DNA of 64,000 bases from Methanobacteriota archaeon (GTDB lineage Archaea; Thermoplasmatota; E2; JACPAO01; JAHWKR01), in NCBI GenBank assembly GCA_019347805.1, contig JAHWKR010000002.1:2137-66136 (forward strand). Reading direction: 5' to 3'. Of this stretch, positions 21,745 through 31,109 are shown piece by piece. Position numbers and translations under genes: made by a program. Position 1 is the stretch's first letter. Each line of letters starts with the position of its first letter. The notes beneath the pieces were generated by a model, which made no database searches, was not told where the DNA came from, and worked only from the letters and a program-made list of their open reading frames with translations.

Positions 21745-22197
21745 TCAGAGGCGACCGGCCGTGCGCGCGCCACCGGCGGTGGCTGAGCGCTCTTCGACCC
21801 GTTCCTTGAAGCGTTTCAGGTCGCCTTTGATGCGGGCGTCGAGGATGCCCACGGCGGCGCCCGCTTTCTCGGTCCAGGTCTCCGGGTCGAACTCGAGACG
21901 CAGGTCGATGCGTGTGCCGCCGTCGCCGCTCTCGGAGAACGTGAGTGTGCCGTTGTTCTCGGCGCCTTCGACGGAGCGCCACGAGATCCTTTCGTCCGGC
22001 ACCTGTTCGGTGATCTGCGCCGACCATTCCCGTTCCTTGCCGCCGACCTCGCCCTTGAAACGGACGCGCCTGTCGGTCACCTGCTCCGCGCTCTCGATGC
22101 CTTCCATATAGGTCGGCCATTCTTCGAAGCGGGTCCACGCCTCGTAGACCTGCCGCCGCGGTGCGTCGACCTCTATGCTCGATTCGACTTTTTCCAT
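21745..22197 (-). CDS. SRPBCC family protein (cyclase/dehydrase-like)
   Basis: MEKVESSIEVDAPRRQVYEAWTRFEEWP, EQVPDERISWRS, DLKRFKE; GGAGG SD before ATG 22197. Confidence 0.85.
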   Translation of the reverse strand: MEKVESSIEVDAPRRQVYEAWTRFEEWPTYMEGIESAEQVTDRRVRFKGEVGGKEREWSAQITEQVPDERISWRSVEGAENNGTLTFSESGDGGTRIDLRLEFDPETWTEKAGAAVGILDARIKGDLKRFKERVEERSATAGGARTAGRL

Positions 22198-22289
22198 GTG
22201 CCCCTCCATGTCGCTGGTCGGACCATGGGGTTTGCGTTGGGGGTCGGCGGCTTCGGATGACACGTCAAGACCGGGTCGTTTCGGGTGTC

Positions 22290-22739
22290 TTAGTGTGCCA
22301 GCTCGTTGCGCTTCGGCTCCATCCGACCGGGGGTCTCCATGTATTCCTTGAACCTGCGCAGGTCTGTGTTCATGCGGTACTTGAGCAGCCCGAGATTGGC
22401 GCCTGCCTTCCCCATCCATGTGGTGGGGTCGACGTCGAGCCGGAGGAGGACGCGCGTCTTGTTCTGTCCGCTGTCGGTGAAATGGATGGTGCCGGCGATG
22501 GGGATCCCGTCGACGCTTTGCCAGGCGATCCGCTCGTAGGGCATATCTTCCATGACCTGCACGGACCAGCGGCGGGGCTTGCCTGCGACCTTGCCGAGGA
22601 CGCGGAGACGGCGGTTGGTCACCGGCCACACCTCGTCGATCCCGGTCATGAAGCGGGGAAGGTCCTCGAAACGCGTCCAGAGCCCGTAGACGTTCTCCCT
22701 TGTGGCATTGACCTCGATGCTGGCTTCGACGTGGACCAT
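22290..22739 (-). CDS. SRPBCC family protein (cyclase/dehydrase-like), tandem paralog
   Basis: VEASIEVNATRENVYGLWTRFEDLPRFM, ERIAWQS, DLRRFKE. Confidence 0.85.
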   Translation of the reverse strand: MVHVEASIEVNATRENVYGLWTRFEDLPRFMTGIDEVWPVTNRRLRVLGKVAGKPRRWSVQVMEDMPYERIAWQSVDGIPIAGTIHFTDSGQNKTRVLLRLDVDPTTWMGKAGANLGLLKYRMNTDLRRFKEYMETPGRMEPKRNELAH

Positions 22740-22863
22740 GCTGCATCGTGTCGCATCTCGGCGCTATTGGGGGTTTCGGTCGCGGGTGGCGGAGCCGGAT
22801 GACGCATCAAGGTGCCACCAAGGCCGTCCTAGGACGTGTCTCGAGGAGACGTCCGCGAACGGT

Positions 22864-23679
22864 TCATTGTGTCTTGGCGGTTACGGCGAGACCGGCGTCG
22901 CGCGCAAGGCCTTCCCAGAACACCTGCACACCGTCGAGCATCTCGCGGGCGCCGGCAAGGAAGCGGTCCGGGTCGAACTCAGGATGCGCGAACGCCTCCT
23001 CGAGCTCTTCGTCGGTGTGGTCGGCGTGTTGCTGTTCGAGCTGGTCGTGCCAGGTCCAGAAGCCGAGCGACAGGTCGAGGCCTTCCTTCTCCTTGAACGC
23101 CTTGAGCCCGGCGACGAGCTGTTTCCAGAACCCGGCGTTGGCCCAATGCTCGACCGCATAGGACGCCCCGGCTCCGGTGGAATAGTCCTCCGAGCCGTAG
23201 ATGCGCGACAGTTCGTCGACGAAGTGGAGCGTGGAGGGCGTGCCGTGCCGACGCTTGCCGAGAGCGTTGAAACCGAGTCCGAGCGGTTCGGCGAAACGGA
23301 TGAGCCATTCGAAGTGGGCGGCGCGGTGATGATAGGTGCCGCCCTCCACGGTGCCTTCGACACCGACCAACTCCGGGTCCACGTCTTTTCCCGCGGTCCG
23401 GCCGGGGCTGTCGGCGCGGAAGACGACGCCGAGTTCGTTCATGAGGATCTCTTTGCCTTCCCGGTACGACTCGAGCGAGGTGGCGTTCAGGACCTTGCGC
23501 AGTTGCGCCTGGATGAACCATTGGCTGAAGACCGAGAACTGGACGGTCAGGTGGCGCACGTCGTCGCGGCAGAGGTCGCCTTGGGCGAACCATGCACAAT
23601 AGGAATTGGCGCGGACGATGGGATGAGCGTTCACGAGGTCTTCCGCCTTCGTGCGGAAGGCTTCGAGGCGAGTGGACAT
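22864..23679 (-). CDS. TenA/PqqC/CADD-like heme-oxygenase-fold protein (putative diiron oxidase)
   Basis: HPIV...QFSVFS, NELG, AHFEWL, AVEHW, FWTWHDQLEQQH ligand pattern. Confidence 0.65.
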   Translation of the reverse strand: MSTRLEAFRTKAEDLVNAHPIVRANSYCAWFAQGDLCRDDVRHLTVQFSVFSQWFIQAQLRKVLNATSLESYREGKEILMNELGVVFRADSPGRTAGKDVDPELVGVEGTVEGGTYHHRAAHFEWLIRFAEPLGLGFNALGKRRHGTPSTLHFVDELSRIYGSEDYSTGAGASYAVEHWANAGFWKQLVAGLKAFKEKEGLDLSLGFWTWHDQLEQQHADHTDEELEEAFAHPEFDPDRFLAGAREMLDGVQVFWEGLARDAGLAVTAKTQ

Positions 23680-23952
23680 GACTGACCGTTCCTGCTACTC
23701 TCTGAAGAGATAAACATTGTTGTGCATTCTGGTCCAATATAACGGGTGCCTCGACCGGTGGAGCGCGGCCGTTCTGAGCTCCGGCCATTGACCGCACGAG
23801 TAGGAACCGTTGGACGCCATCGAGCCATCGCCACGCGCCGCCGTTCCGGGTCGACCCCAGTGTCCCCATTTCATGCACCCCCGCCCGTTCGTGCCTCGCC
23901 CTGTCACGACATGTCTATCAAGGTCGGTCCCTCCCTACGACCTTGGTTTCGC

Positions 23953-24192
23953 ATGGCGCTGGACAAGGGCACCGAGAAGAAGATGAGGAAAGAGATCGGC
24001 CGTCTCGAGAAGAAGAAGGAGAAGGTGGCGGTCAAGTTGGACGCCCTCGAGGCGAAGGCGAAGAAGGGCAAGATCGATGTCGGGAAGTTCCAGGCCAAGA
24101 AGATCGAGCTCGTCCAGAGGTCACGCGCCTACGACATGTCGATGCGCAAGCGCCAGGGCAGCCTGGGGAAGGCCGTCGCATCACGCCGATAA
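23953..24192 (+). CDS. Small Lys-rich coiled-coil protein (79 aa)
   Basis: MALDKGTEKKMRKEIGRLEKKKEKVAVKLDALEAKAKKGKID; codon use (AAG/GAG) looks like a real gene. Confidence 0.65.
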   Translation: MALDKGTEKKMRKEIGRLEKKKEKVAVKLDALEAKAKKGKIDVGKFQAKKIELVQRSRAYDMSMRKRQGSLGKAVASRR

Positions 24193-24198
24193 GCCGGC

Positions 24199-25086
24199 TC
24201 AGGCGGGTGGCGCACCGGGCGTCGCCGTCGTGAACGTCCACTCCCCGCGGACGAGCTGCCAGCTCCTCTCATCGTTCGCGGTGTCCGTGAGCCAGGGGGT
24301 GCGGTCGCGTTCCCCTCCTGTCGGGTCCCAGAATACGACCTGTTCCTCCTCGTTGTCGAGCCACTGCGCGTCTTGCCGTACGATGAGGAACGCGCCCGGG
24401 TCCAGAAACGTTTCATCCGACAGCGTCACGTTGACGCGAAGACCATGCATGGTCCCCACCGTCCAACCGCCGAGGTCGACGGTCGCCGTTCCTTTGTTGT
24501 GGATTTCGACCCATTCATCACCGTGATCGGTACCGTTCGGGTTCTGCTCGAGCTCGGTGATGCGGATGTTGACAAGGGGTTCCGGTCCGCAGCCGTCCCC
24601 GTTCAGGCTCGTCTTCCCGATGAGCCGCAGGCTCCAGTCTACCGCGAAGCCGACGCGTTGGCGTATGGAGAGGTCGAAAGGGCCGGGCTCGGCGAGCTCG
24701 CCGAGATAGATGCCGGTCGCGGGCCGGAGCAGGATGCGGTCGGCGCGCTCTCCGTCCTTCTCGACGGTCACGATCATGGAGAAATCGAGTTCGACGAGGG
24801 GACGGTCCTGACCGGTGAGGTTCTTGGGGGCATAGAGGAGGTCGAGGTAGAGGCGCCGCTCACACCCCTCGGCAGTGGCGTTCCACGTGCGCATGTTGAA
24901 CGGGACAGGTTCCCGGATGCCGATGCCAAGGAGCCCTGCGACGAACGTTCCGTTCGTCCATGGGATGATGACCTTCTCCTCCATGGTGGAGGCGGTGGCC
25001 ACGGCGCCGTCGCCCGATTCGCCCAGCGCGGGCTGGGGGCCAAGTAGGACGACAAGGACGAGCGCCAGGAGCGCGCGCGGCACCAC
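24199..25086 (-). CDS. Secreted protein with C-terminal lamin-tail domain
   Basis: Signal peptide; IRITELEQNPNGTD..EWVEIHN...VDLGGW...ATPG. Confidence 0.8.
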   Translation of the reverse strand: MVPRALLALVLVVLLGPQPALGESGDGAVATASTMEEKVIIPWTNGTFVAGLLGIGIREPVPFNMRTWNATAEGCERRLYLDLLYAPKNLTGQDRPLVELDFSMIVTVEKDGERADRILLRPATGIYLGELAEPGPFDLSIRQRVGFAVDWSLRLIGKTSLNGDGCGPEPLVNIRITELEQNPNGTDHGDEWVEIHNKGTATVDLGGWTVGTMHGLRVNVTLSDETFLDPGAFLIVRQDAQWLDNEEEQVVFWDPTGGERDRTPWLTDTANDERSWQLVRGEWTFTTATPGAPPA

Positions 25087-25120
25087 GGCCGTCCATGCGG
25101 GGGACGAAATAAAGAGGTTA

Positions 25121-25176
25121 GGGAGAGAGCGGGGGAAAGGGGTCTGGGGAAGGGGCTTAGCCCCTTCCCCAAGACC
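25121..25176 (-). terminator. Strong hairpin plus pyrimidine tract after the S8 peptidase
   Basis: GGGGAAGGGGC-TTA-GCCCCTTCCCC (25146-25170), followed on the minus strand by a C/T-rich tract. Confidence 0.6.
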
Positions 25177-25192
25177 GACGTCCTCGGAGAGT

Positions 25193-26884
25193 CTATCCCT
25201 TCGTCACGTGGAAGTTGTCGACGCCCCATCCATCGTAGGCGTTCGCGGTGCTGTCGACCGAGTCGAACCAGAACCGGACGTAGACGGACGAGTCACCGGT
25301 CCAGCCCGAGAGGTCGTAACTCTCGGCGCCCCAACTGAGCTGGTTCGCGTTGCGGGAGTCCCACTGCTCGAGCGTGGTCCACGTGCACGAGGTGCAGCTT
25401 GCGACCTGGACGCGCATGATGTCGTACGCGCCACCGGAGTAGGATTCGGTCTCCCACTTGTGGTCGAACGACAGTGCCGCCGACGAAGCCCCGGAGAGGT
25501 CGACCGCCGTCTGGGCCCATCCGGTCGCGCGGCTCCCGGTCGAATAATCGCAGTCCGCTTGGTTGAACTGCAGCGATCGTCCGCCGTTGCCCCCGAGGCA
25601 GCCCGACGAGAGGCGCCAGAGGTCACCGGAACCGCTCGACTTGGTGAACGACGTGGAGCCTTCGAAGTCCTCGGAGTAGACGGTGGTCTGTCCACCGCCT
25701 CCGCCCCCGCCGGAACCGGCGTTCGCGACGACCGCGGCGGCATTGACGCCACCGTAGCCGAAGAACTGGTCCCAACCAGCCGAGCCGAGGTCGTTCGCGG
25801 TCGACGTAAGGAGGCTGCGCAACTCCGTGTTCGTGAGCGTGGGGTTCACGGATAGGCCGAGTCCGGCGGTGCCCGAGACGATGGGGGTCGCCATCGAGGT
25901 GCCGTCCAGGTAGACGTAGTCCGCGTTGTTGCGGTTGTACGCGGCCGCGATCTCTACACCCGGGGCCGAGATGTCGAGTTCGGCCCCGTAGTTGGAGAAA
26001 GACGCCTTGTCGCGGTTCTTGTCGTAGGCGCCGACCGCCATGGAGTTGGCGTACTTGGCGGGGTATCCGATGGGCCCGTTGTCGTTCCCCGATGCCGAGA
26101 TGACAAGCGCACCCGAGTTGTGGGCGTAATCGACGGCGTTCTTGAGCTCGGTCGTGCCGCTCGATGCGCCGAGGCTCATCGAGATGATGTCGGCACCCTG
26201 GTCCGCGGCCCAGGTGATCCCGTTCGAGATCTGACTGAACGACCCGGACCCGGCATTGTTGAGCACCCGCACCGGCAAGATGGTCACTTGCGCGACCCCG
26301 GCGACGCCTTTGCCGTTGTTGGTGAGACCAGCGGCGGTGGAGGCGACATGCGTACCATGACCGTTCCCGTCCTGGGGCGTGTTGTCACCGTCGATGAAAT
26401 CCCATCCCTGGAGATAGTTGCCGATGTCTTCGTGGCTCTTGCGCAGGCCGGTGTCGAGAACGGCCAGTTTGATGCTCGTGGAGCCGAGTGTCGTGTCCCA
26501 TGCGGTCTGGGCGCCGACGTCCTTGATGCCCCATTGGCAACAGTCGAAATATTGTTCGCTCGGCGTGAAGTAAGCCTCGAACGCCATCTCGTCGTAGTGA
26601 TGATAGCGGACGTTCGGGTCCTCGAAGGCACGAACGCTGAACGCCACCGGGTCGGTGACCTCAAGGACGACGAACTGCACGGCGAAGTTCACCGACAGCA
26701 CTTCATAGCCGAGGTATGTGGATCCGGCCATGAGGTCACGAGGGACCTCATGAAGACCGACCACATAGGGACCGGGTACGAGAGCCACATCGGGCGCCGA
26801 CAAGGGCTCCGGTGAGGCGAGGGTCGCGGCGGGTAGAGCAAGAAGAAGAAAGCTGGTCAAGATCACTGCTGTTGTTCGTTTCAA
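25193..26884 (-). CDS. Secreted S8 subtilisin/thermitase-like serine protease with C-terminal jelly-roll-like domain
   Basis: Catalytic motifs AVLDTG, NGHGTHVA, ASGN, GTSMATP; Gly linker; TTG start 26884 after GGAGGAGG. Confidence 0.93.
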   Translation of the reverse strand: MKRTTAVILTSFLLLALPAATLASPEPLSAPDVALVPGPYVVGLHEVPRDLMAGSTYLGYEVLSVNFAVQFVVLEVTDPVAFSVRAFEDPNVRYHHYDEMAFEAYFTPSEQYFDCCQWGIKDVGAQTAWDTTLGSTSIKLAVLDTGLRKSHEDIGNYLQGWDFIDGDNTPQDGNGHGTHVASTAAGLTNNGKGVAGVAQVTILPVRVLNNAGSGSFSQISNGITWAADQGADIISMSLGASSGTTELKNAVDYAHNSGALVISASGNDNGPIGYPAKYANSMAVGAYDKNRDKASFSNYGAELDISAPGVEIAAAYNRNNADYVYLDGTSMATPIVSGTAGLGLSVNPTLTNTELRSLLTSTANDLGSAGWDQFFGYGGVNAAAVVANAGSGGGGGGGQTTVYSEDFEGSTSFTKSSGSGDLWRLSSGCLGGNGGRSLQFNQADCDYSTGSRATGWAQTAVDLSGASSAALSFDHKWETESYSGGAYDIMRVQVASCTSCTWTTLEQWDSRNANQLSWGAESYDLSGWTGDSSVYVRFWFDSVDSTANAYDGWGVDNFHVTKG

Positions 26885-27237
26885 AACGCACGTACCTCCT
26901 CCCAAGACATGGGAGAACGGGCGCGAGAACTTGGACCTGATTTTAGTCCTTGCGACTTGTGGACAAGGCGCACGGCATTCATCCCGCGGGGCGGCGCTAC
27001 AGACATCCGCCGGACTGCTTCAGGAATGCGTGGGAAGATTGGACAGAAAGCGCCTCCCGATAGCCGTCTACTAACGATTCCGGGGCGAGTCATGACATGT
27101 CCATGGTCGCAGAACCATGCAACCTGTTGGTTGCAGAATGGGCGTCGCCGTGACCTCCCGAGGGGGAGCGAGAATGCCAGGGGTCACCAGTGGCCGCCTC
27201 GAAGGCCCTTTCAACCTGTGTCTGCCTAGGCCGGGAC

Positions 27238-28125
27238 ATGGGCACCCGGAGCCTCGCCACGCTCGTCCTCGCCACCACGCTCCTTGCCGGTTGCCTGGGA
27301 GGTGGCCCGCAGAGTGCCAACGACGACCCGGACGGGACCGAAGCGCTCACCTCGACAGGGACACCGACCTCCGGAGCCGACGTGAGCGGGACCGACAAAG
27401 AGACGACGGGGGACGACCCGGACGAAGGGGACGGCGGCACGTCGTCGGACGACCAAGGATCCGATACGGGGAACGACACCCGAGAGCCCTCGCCTCCGCA
27501 GGAACAGGAAAAAAGCAACCCCGACGAACTGGAACGGCCGGGCGACTATGCGCTTCTTCCGTACCGGAAGGACCGCGATACGACGGTTCGGCTCGATGTA
27601 CCGGAGTGGAAGACCGGCGACCGGTGGACCTGGACCTGGGACGTGCTTGCACCCTGCCAGGCAGGCCCCGGCGGCTCCGAAGTGCCATACGAGTACAGCG
27701 ATAAGGTCGGGCTCATGCGATGGGAACATGGGGTGGCGGCCTACGATGTCGAACGGACCGTCACCTGCGGGGAAGAGACGGCCTCCCAGCACGACCTCAC
27801 TTTCCTTGAGGAACACCTCGTCCCGATCGAGGACGACGGCTATGTCGCTCGGCTGCTTTTGTTCCCGCTCGAGGACGGCAAACGTTGGATCTGGATGAAC
27901 GGCGATGGCCACAACCACACGTCCGAGATCAGCTATCTCCCGCAATACATCTGGAACGGCAAGGTCGTCACCGCCTGGAAAGTCGTGAGCGAACACGAGA
28001 GCGGACGTTTCGTCCAGGAGCGGGTCTTCTCGGACCACGCCGACAACCTGCTCGCCACACAGGACCGGTTCGACGGTGCGCCTGTCGCCGAAGGAAGACT
28101 CAAGTCTTTCCAGAGGGCCTCCTGA
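27238..28125 (+). CDS. Lipoprotein, paralog of 28125-28808
   Basis: Lipobox LLAGC; Asp/Thr/Gly linker; VPEWKTGDRW and LFPLEDGKRW. Confidence 0.75.
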   Translation: MGTRSLATLVLATTLLAGCLGGGPQSANDDPDGTEALTSTGTPTSGADVSGTDKETTGDDPDEGDGGTSSDDQGSDTGNDTREPSPPQEQEKSNPDELERPGDYALLPYRKDRDTTVRLDVPEWKTGDRWTWTWDVLAPCQAGPGGSEVPYEYSDKVGLMRWEHGVAAYDVERTVTCGEETASQHDLTFLEEHLVPIEDDGYVARLLLFPLEDGKRWIWMNGDGHNHTSEISYLPQYIWNGKVVTAWKVVSEHESGRFVQERVFSDHADNLLATQDRFDGAPVAEGRLKSFQRAS

Positions 28126-28808
28126 TGCGCCACCTCGTCGTCTGTTCGTTCTTCCTGATGGTCGCGTTCTCCGGATGCACGGAGAGCGAGGAGCGTCCGG
28201 ACCCCGTCACCGAGGTCGACGCGTTGCCGTATCGTGACGACCGTGACCCTGACCTGCGCTTCGAGGTGCCGGTGTGGGAGGTCGGGGACACGTGGCGCTA
28301 TGAATATGTCCCGGAGGACCACGAAGAGGTGTGCAAGGGCATCCCGGACCCGAAGCCGTTCCTGTCGCGCGACGAGGTGGTCGGCGAGGGCACCCGCCAT
28401 GACCTGGAAGCGGAGCCGGAGATCTACCGCGTCCGCAGCTTCATCCATGATTGCGAAGGTGGACCCATCGGCGAGCGCGACCGCGACCACTTGAAGGCGC
28501 ATCTCGTCCCGCTCGACGATGATGGCAGCTGGGAACAGAAGATGCTCTTCCCGCTCGAGGACGGAAAACGTTGGCGTTATCATCCGCCGGGAGGTGTCGA
28601 GGTGACGGCCGAGGCGAGCCATGTCCCCGAGTATTCATGGAACGGCAGGACGGTGCAGGCATGGAAGGTCCACCTTGCATCGGAGGCCGCCGAGGAGACG
28701 TTCTGGTTCGGCGTCACCGCCGAGAACATCCTCTTCAAGGAGAGCCATCGCATCACGGAAGAGGGGAAAGAGCCGATGGGGACGGTGCGGCTCATCGACC
28801 GTTCATGA
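28125..28808 (+). CDS. Lipoprotein, paralog of 27238-28125
   Basis: TGATG overlap at 28123-28127; lipobox AFSGC; VPVWEVGDTW and LFPLEDGKRW. Confidence 0.75.
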   Translation: MRHLVVCSFFLMVAFSGCTESEERPDPVTEVDALPYRDDRDPDLRFEVPVWEVGDTWRYEYVPEDHEEVCKGIPDPKPFLSRDEVVGEGTRHDLEAEPEIYRVRSFIHDCEGGPIGERDRDHLKAHLVPLDDDGSWEQKMLFPLEDGKRWRYHPPGGVEVTAEASHVPEYSWNGRTVQAWKVHLASEAAEETFWFGVTAENILFKESHRITEEGKEPMGTVRLIDRS

Positions 28809-29480
28809 GCGCCCTGCCACCACGACGACCCGTGAACGCGTCCGCTCCACACCGCCATAGCGCACGGCGAAGCGCTCTTCTTCGGCTGATTCGACACGTA
28901 GCCCGCCATCGACGAGGAGCGTCTCCAGCTCGCCGGAGCGGAAGTAGTGCGTGAGGACGCCGTGGCCACGTCGATAGGTGCCTTGTTCCACCTCTTCGCC
29001 GGACCCGGCGCGGAAGTCGTCGACGGTGAACTCCGTCGCCAACAGCACACCGTCATGGGCGACGACGCGTGCGAGTTCCCGCGCCGCCTGCACGCGGTCG
29101 GCTTCGACAAGGTGGCCGAGGATGTGCACCGCCCGCACAACCCCGAAAGCACCGGCGTCGAACGGGAGCGAACGGACGTCCGCCTGGACCCATCGTGCAT
29201 CCGCATTCTCATGTTCCCCACCTGCGGCACGTGCGAGTCGGAGCCCTTGGCGCGAAGCGTCCACGCCCACTGGGGTCGTGTCGATGGCGTGCGCGAGCGG
29301 CACGAGTCCCTTGCCGTCGCCGCACCCGGCGTCGAGCCAACGCACCGAGGCCAGACCCGGCCGCTCGTCGAGCAGACGACGGGTCGCCGCATCGAGACGC
29401 ACGCCACGCCACAGGCGTCCTTGGAGCCGGTAGGCCTCCTCCCATGGTCTCGGCGCGACCCTCCGGGGCAATAGCCTCAC
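28803..29480 (-). CDS. Class I SAM-dependent methyltransferase
   Basis: WLDAGCGDGK, GVDAS, ADVRSLPF; GTGA overlap with the upstream gene at 29477-29480. Confidence 0.85.
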   Translation of the reverse strand: MRLLPRRVAPRPWEEAYRLQGRLWRGVRLDAATRRLLDERPGLASVRWLDAGCGDGKGLVPLAHAIDTTPVGVDASRQGLRLARAAGGEHENADARWVQADVRSLPFDAGAFGVVRAVHILGHLVEADRVQAARELARVVAHDGVLLATEFTVDDFRAGSGEEVEQGTYRRGHGVLTHYFRSGELETLLVDGGLRVESAEEERFAVRYGGVERTRSRVVVVAGRS

Positions 29481-31039
29481 CGGCGGCGGCGCGACGTGAA
29501 GCCGGCCAACAGGACGGCGGCGATCGGGATCCAGATGGGCACAGGGGTCTTCGACGAGACGTCGGAAGTGCCTGCAGAGGCGTCGGGGACGAGCACGAAG
29601 GTGATATGCAGGACCTCCGCATTGCGCGGATGCAGGACCAGTTCCACCTCGGTCTCCTTTTCCATGCCTTCCGGTACGTCGAACGAGACCGGCAGCCATG
29701 CCGTGGCGTGCGGTCCCAGGCGGACCTGCCCGTCGGGGGTCCAGAACATCGCTCCGACGGCGTCGATGAAGGCGCGCGACAAACGATCGTCCAAGACGCG
29801 TTCGTCCTCCCAGTGGTCTCCTAGACGTGCCTCGATGTGGTCGTCGTTGCGGCCGATGGTCGGCCGGATGTCGATGGCGCTCCCGACGCCGGACACTTCG
29901 TGGACACCCATCATGGTTCGGAACGTCTTCCCGGGTGGGACGCGAAGCGTCACGGTGAGCGTGTCTCCGTCGCGGGAGGGATGGTCGATGTCGATCTCGC
30001 TCTCGATCCAGACGCGGGTCCCTTCGACGACCTGGTGGGTGCCGCCGCGCACATCGAGGGTCGTGAGTGTGGCGTTGTAGACGAATCGGTCGAGCTCGGC
30101 GACGTGCACCGCGACCTCTTCGAAAACAAGGATCTTGTCGCGCAGGTGCAGGGTGCCCTGTGCCTGATGGATGTGGAGGGTGCCGAGCGGGTCGACCGTC
30201 CGGTATCCACCAAGCGCGGATCCGGCCGCATCCGGCGAATGGACCTCGAGGGTCTTCGGGACGAAGTGGAACGCGGGTGCGCCGAGGACGACACGCTGTC
30301 CGGCATCTAGGATGATGGTGCCGTTCACGTCGTTGGCGTGCCGGTCTTGTTCGTCCACCGGCCCCCAGCGCACGCGCACATCGCGGATCTGTGCCTCACC
30401 CTTGGGGGTGGCGGCGAGGTCGGGACGTCCTTCCGGGGCGTCCGCGTCGAGCGGGAAGGGATAGCCTGCGAAGTGGAGCTTCGCCATACCGGAGTCGAGG
30501 GTCACGGGATGATGGATGTCGAGCTCCAGGTCGCCATCGAGGGTGATGCCGCCTTCGGGTGCCGTGATGTAGAGCGCGGCGTCGTCGAGCGGGACCGTGC
30601 CCCCGGCGTGGACGATGCGACCTGCTGCGCCGCGGATGTGGAGGAGGTCGCGGCCCGATTCCAGGTCTCCTTGGATGGTCGGGTCGTCGGTCACGGCTTC
30701 GGGACGTGGTGGTGCGTCGGCGAACCGTGCAGCGGTCCGTTCGATGATGTGGGTGGCGCTGAGCCCGCCGGTGTCGGTCTCGATGCGCATGCCCTGCAGC
30801 ACGACCGTCTCCACCGGGCCGTCGTAGCGGAACGGGTGCGGCGAGCGGAAGCCGGAATCGCTGTGGATCAGGTAGGCTTCCTGTTCCGGTCGCGGGGGCC
30901 GCCAATCGTCCTCGGCGCGATAGCGGTCGGTGGCGTCGTCGACGGCGCTCACGCATCCTGCACTAAGGAACGCCACGAGAAGGGTGACAGTCGCGACGAG
31001 GCGAGGCCTGTAGATCCTGGGAGACGGGCCGCGGGACAC
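29477..31039 (-). CDS. Surface protein with N-terminal lipobox and C-terminal TM/poly-Arg anchor
   Basis: LLVAFLSAGC; C-terminal KTPVPIWIPIAAVLLAGFTSRRRR. Confidence 0.65.
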   Translation of the reverse strand: MSRGPSPRIYRPRLVATVTLLVAFLSAGCVSAVDDATDRYRAEDDWRPPRPEQEAYLIHSDSGFRSPHPFRYDGPVETVVLQGMRIETDTGGLSATHIIERTAARFADAPPRPEAVTDDPTIQGDLESGRDLLHIRGAAGRIVHAGGTVPLDDAALYITAPEGGITLDGDLELDIHHPVTLDSGMAKLHFAGYPFPLDADAPEGRPDLAATPKGEAQIRDVRVRWGPVDEQDRHANDVNGTIILDAGQRVVLGAPAFHFVPKTLEVHSPDAAGSALGGYRTVDPLGTLHIHQAQGTLHLRDKILVFEEVAVHVAELDRFVYNATLTTLDVRGGTHQVVEGTRVWIESEIDIDHPSRDGDTLTVTLRVPPGKTFRTMMGVHEVSGVGSAIDIRPTIGRNDDHIEARLGDHWEDERVLDDRLSRAFIDAVGAMFWTPDGQVRLGPHATAWLPVSFDVPEGMEKETEVELVLHPRNAEVLHITFVLVPDASAGTSDVSSKTPVPIWIPIAAVLLAGFTSRRRR

Positions 31040-31109
31040 GGGGACCGCCTCTTGTCAGGGTGTACTTGTATATAGCGCCCGGGCGCGGTGGGCTCTGGAG
31101 CGGGTCCGT

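Noticed and set aside
22198-22746. 333-aa ORF 21745-22746 as a single gene
   Set aside because: The upstream part is an alternate frame of the 22290-22739 gene; the real start is 22197 with an SD.
22832-22854. Hairpin GGACGTGTCTC-GAG-GAGACGTCC with a partial match near 33126
   Set aside because: The match is only about 13 bp; probably an ordinary 3' hairpin.
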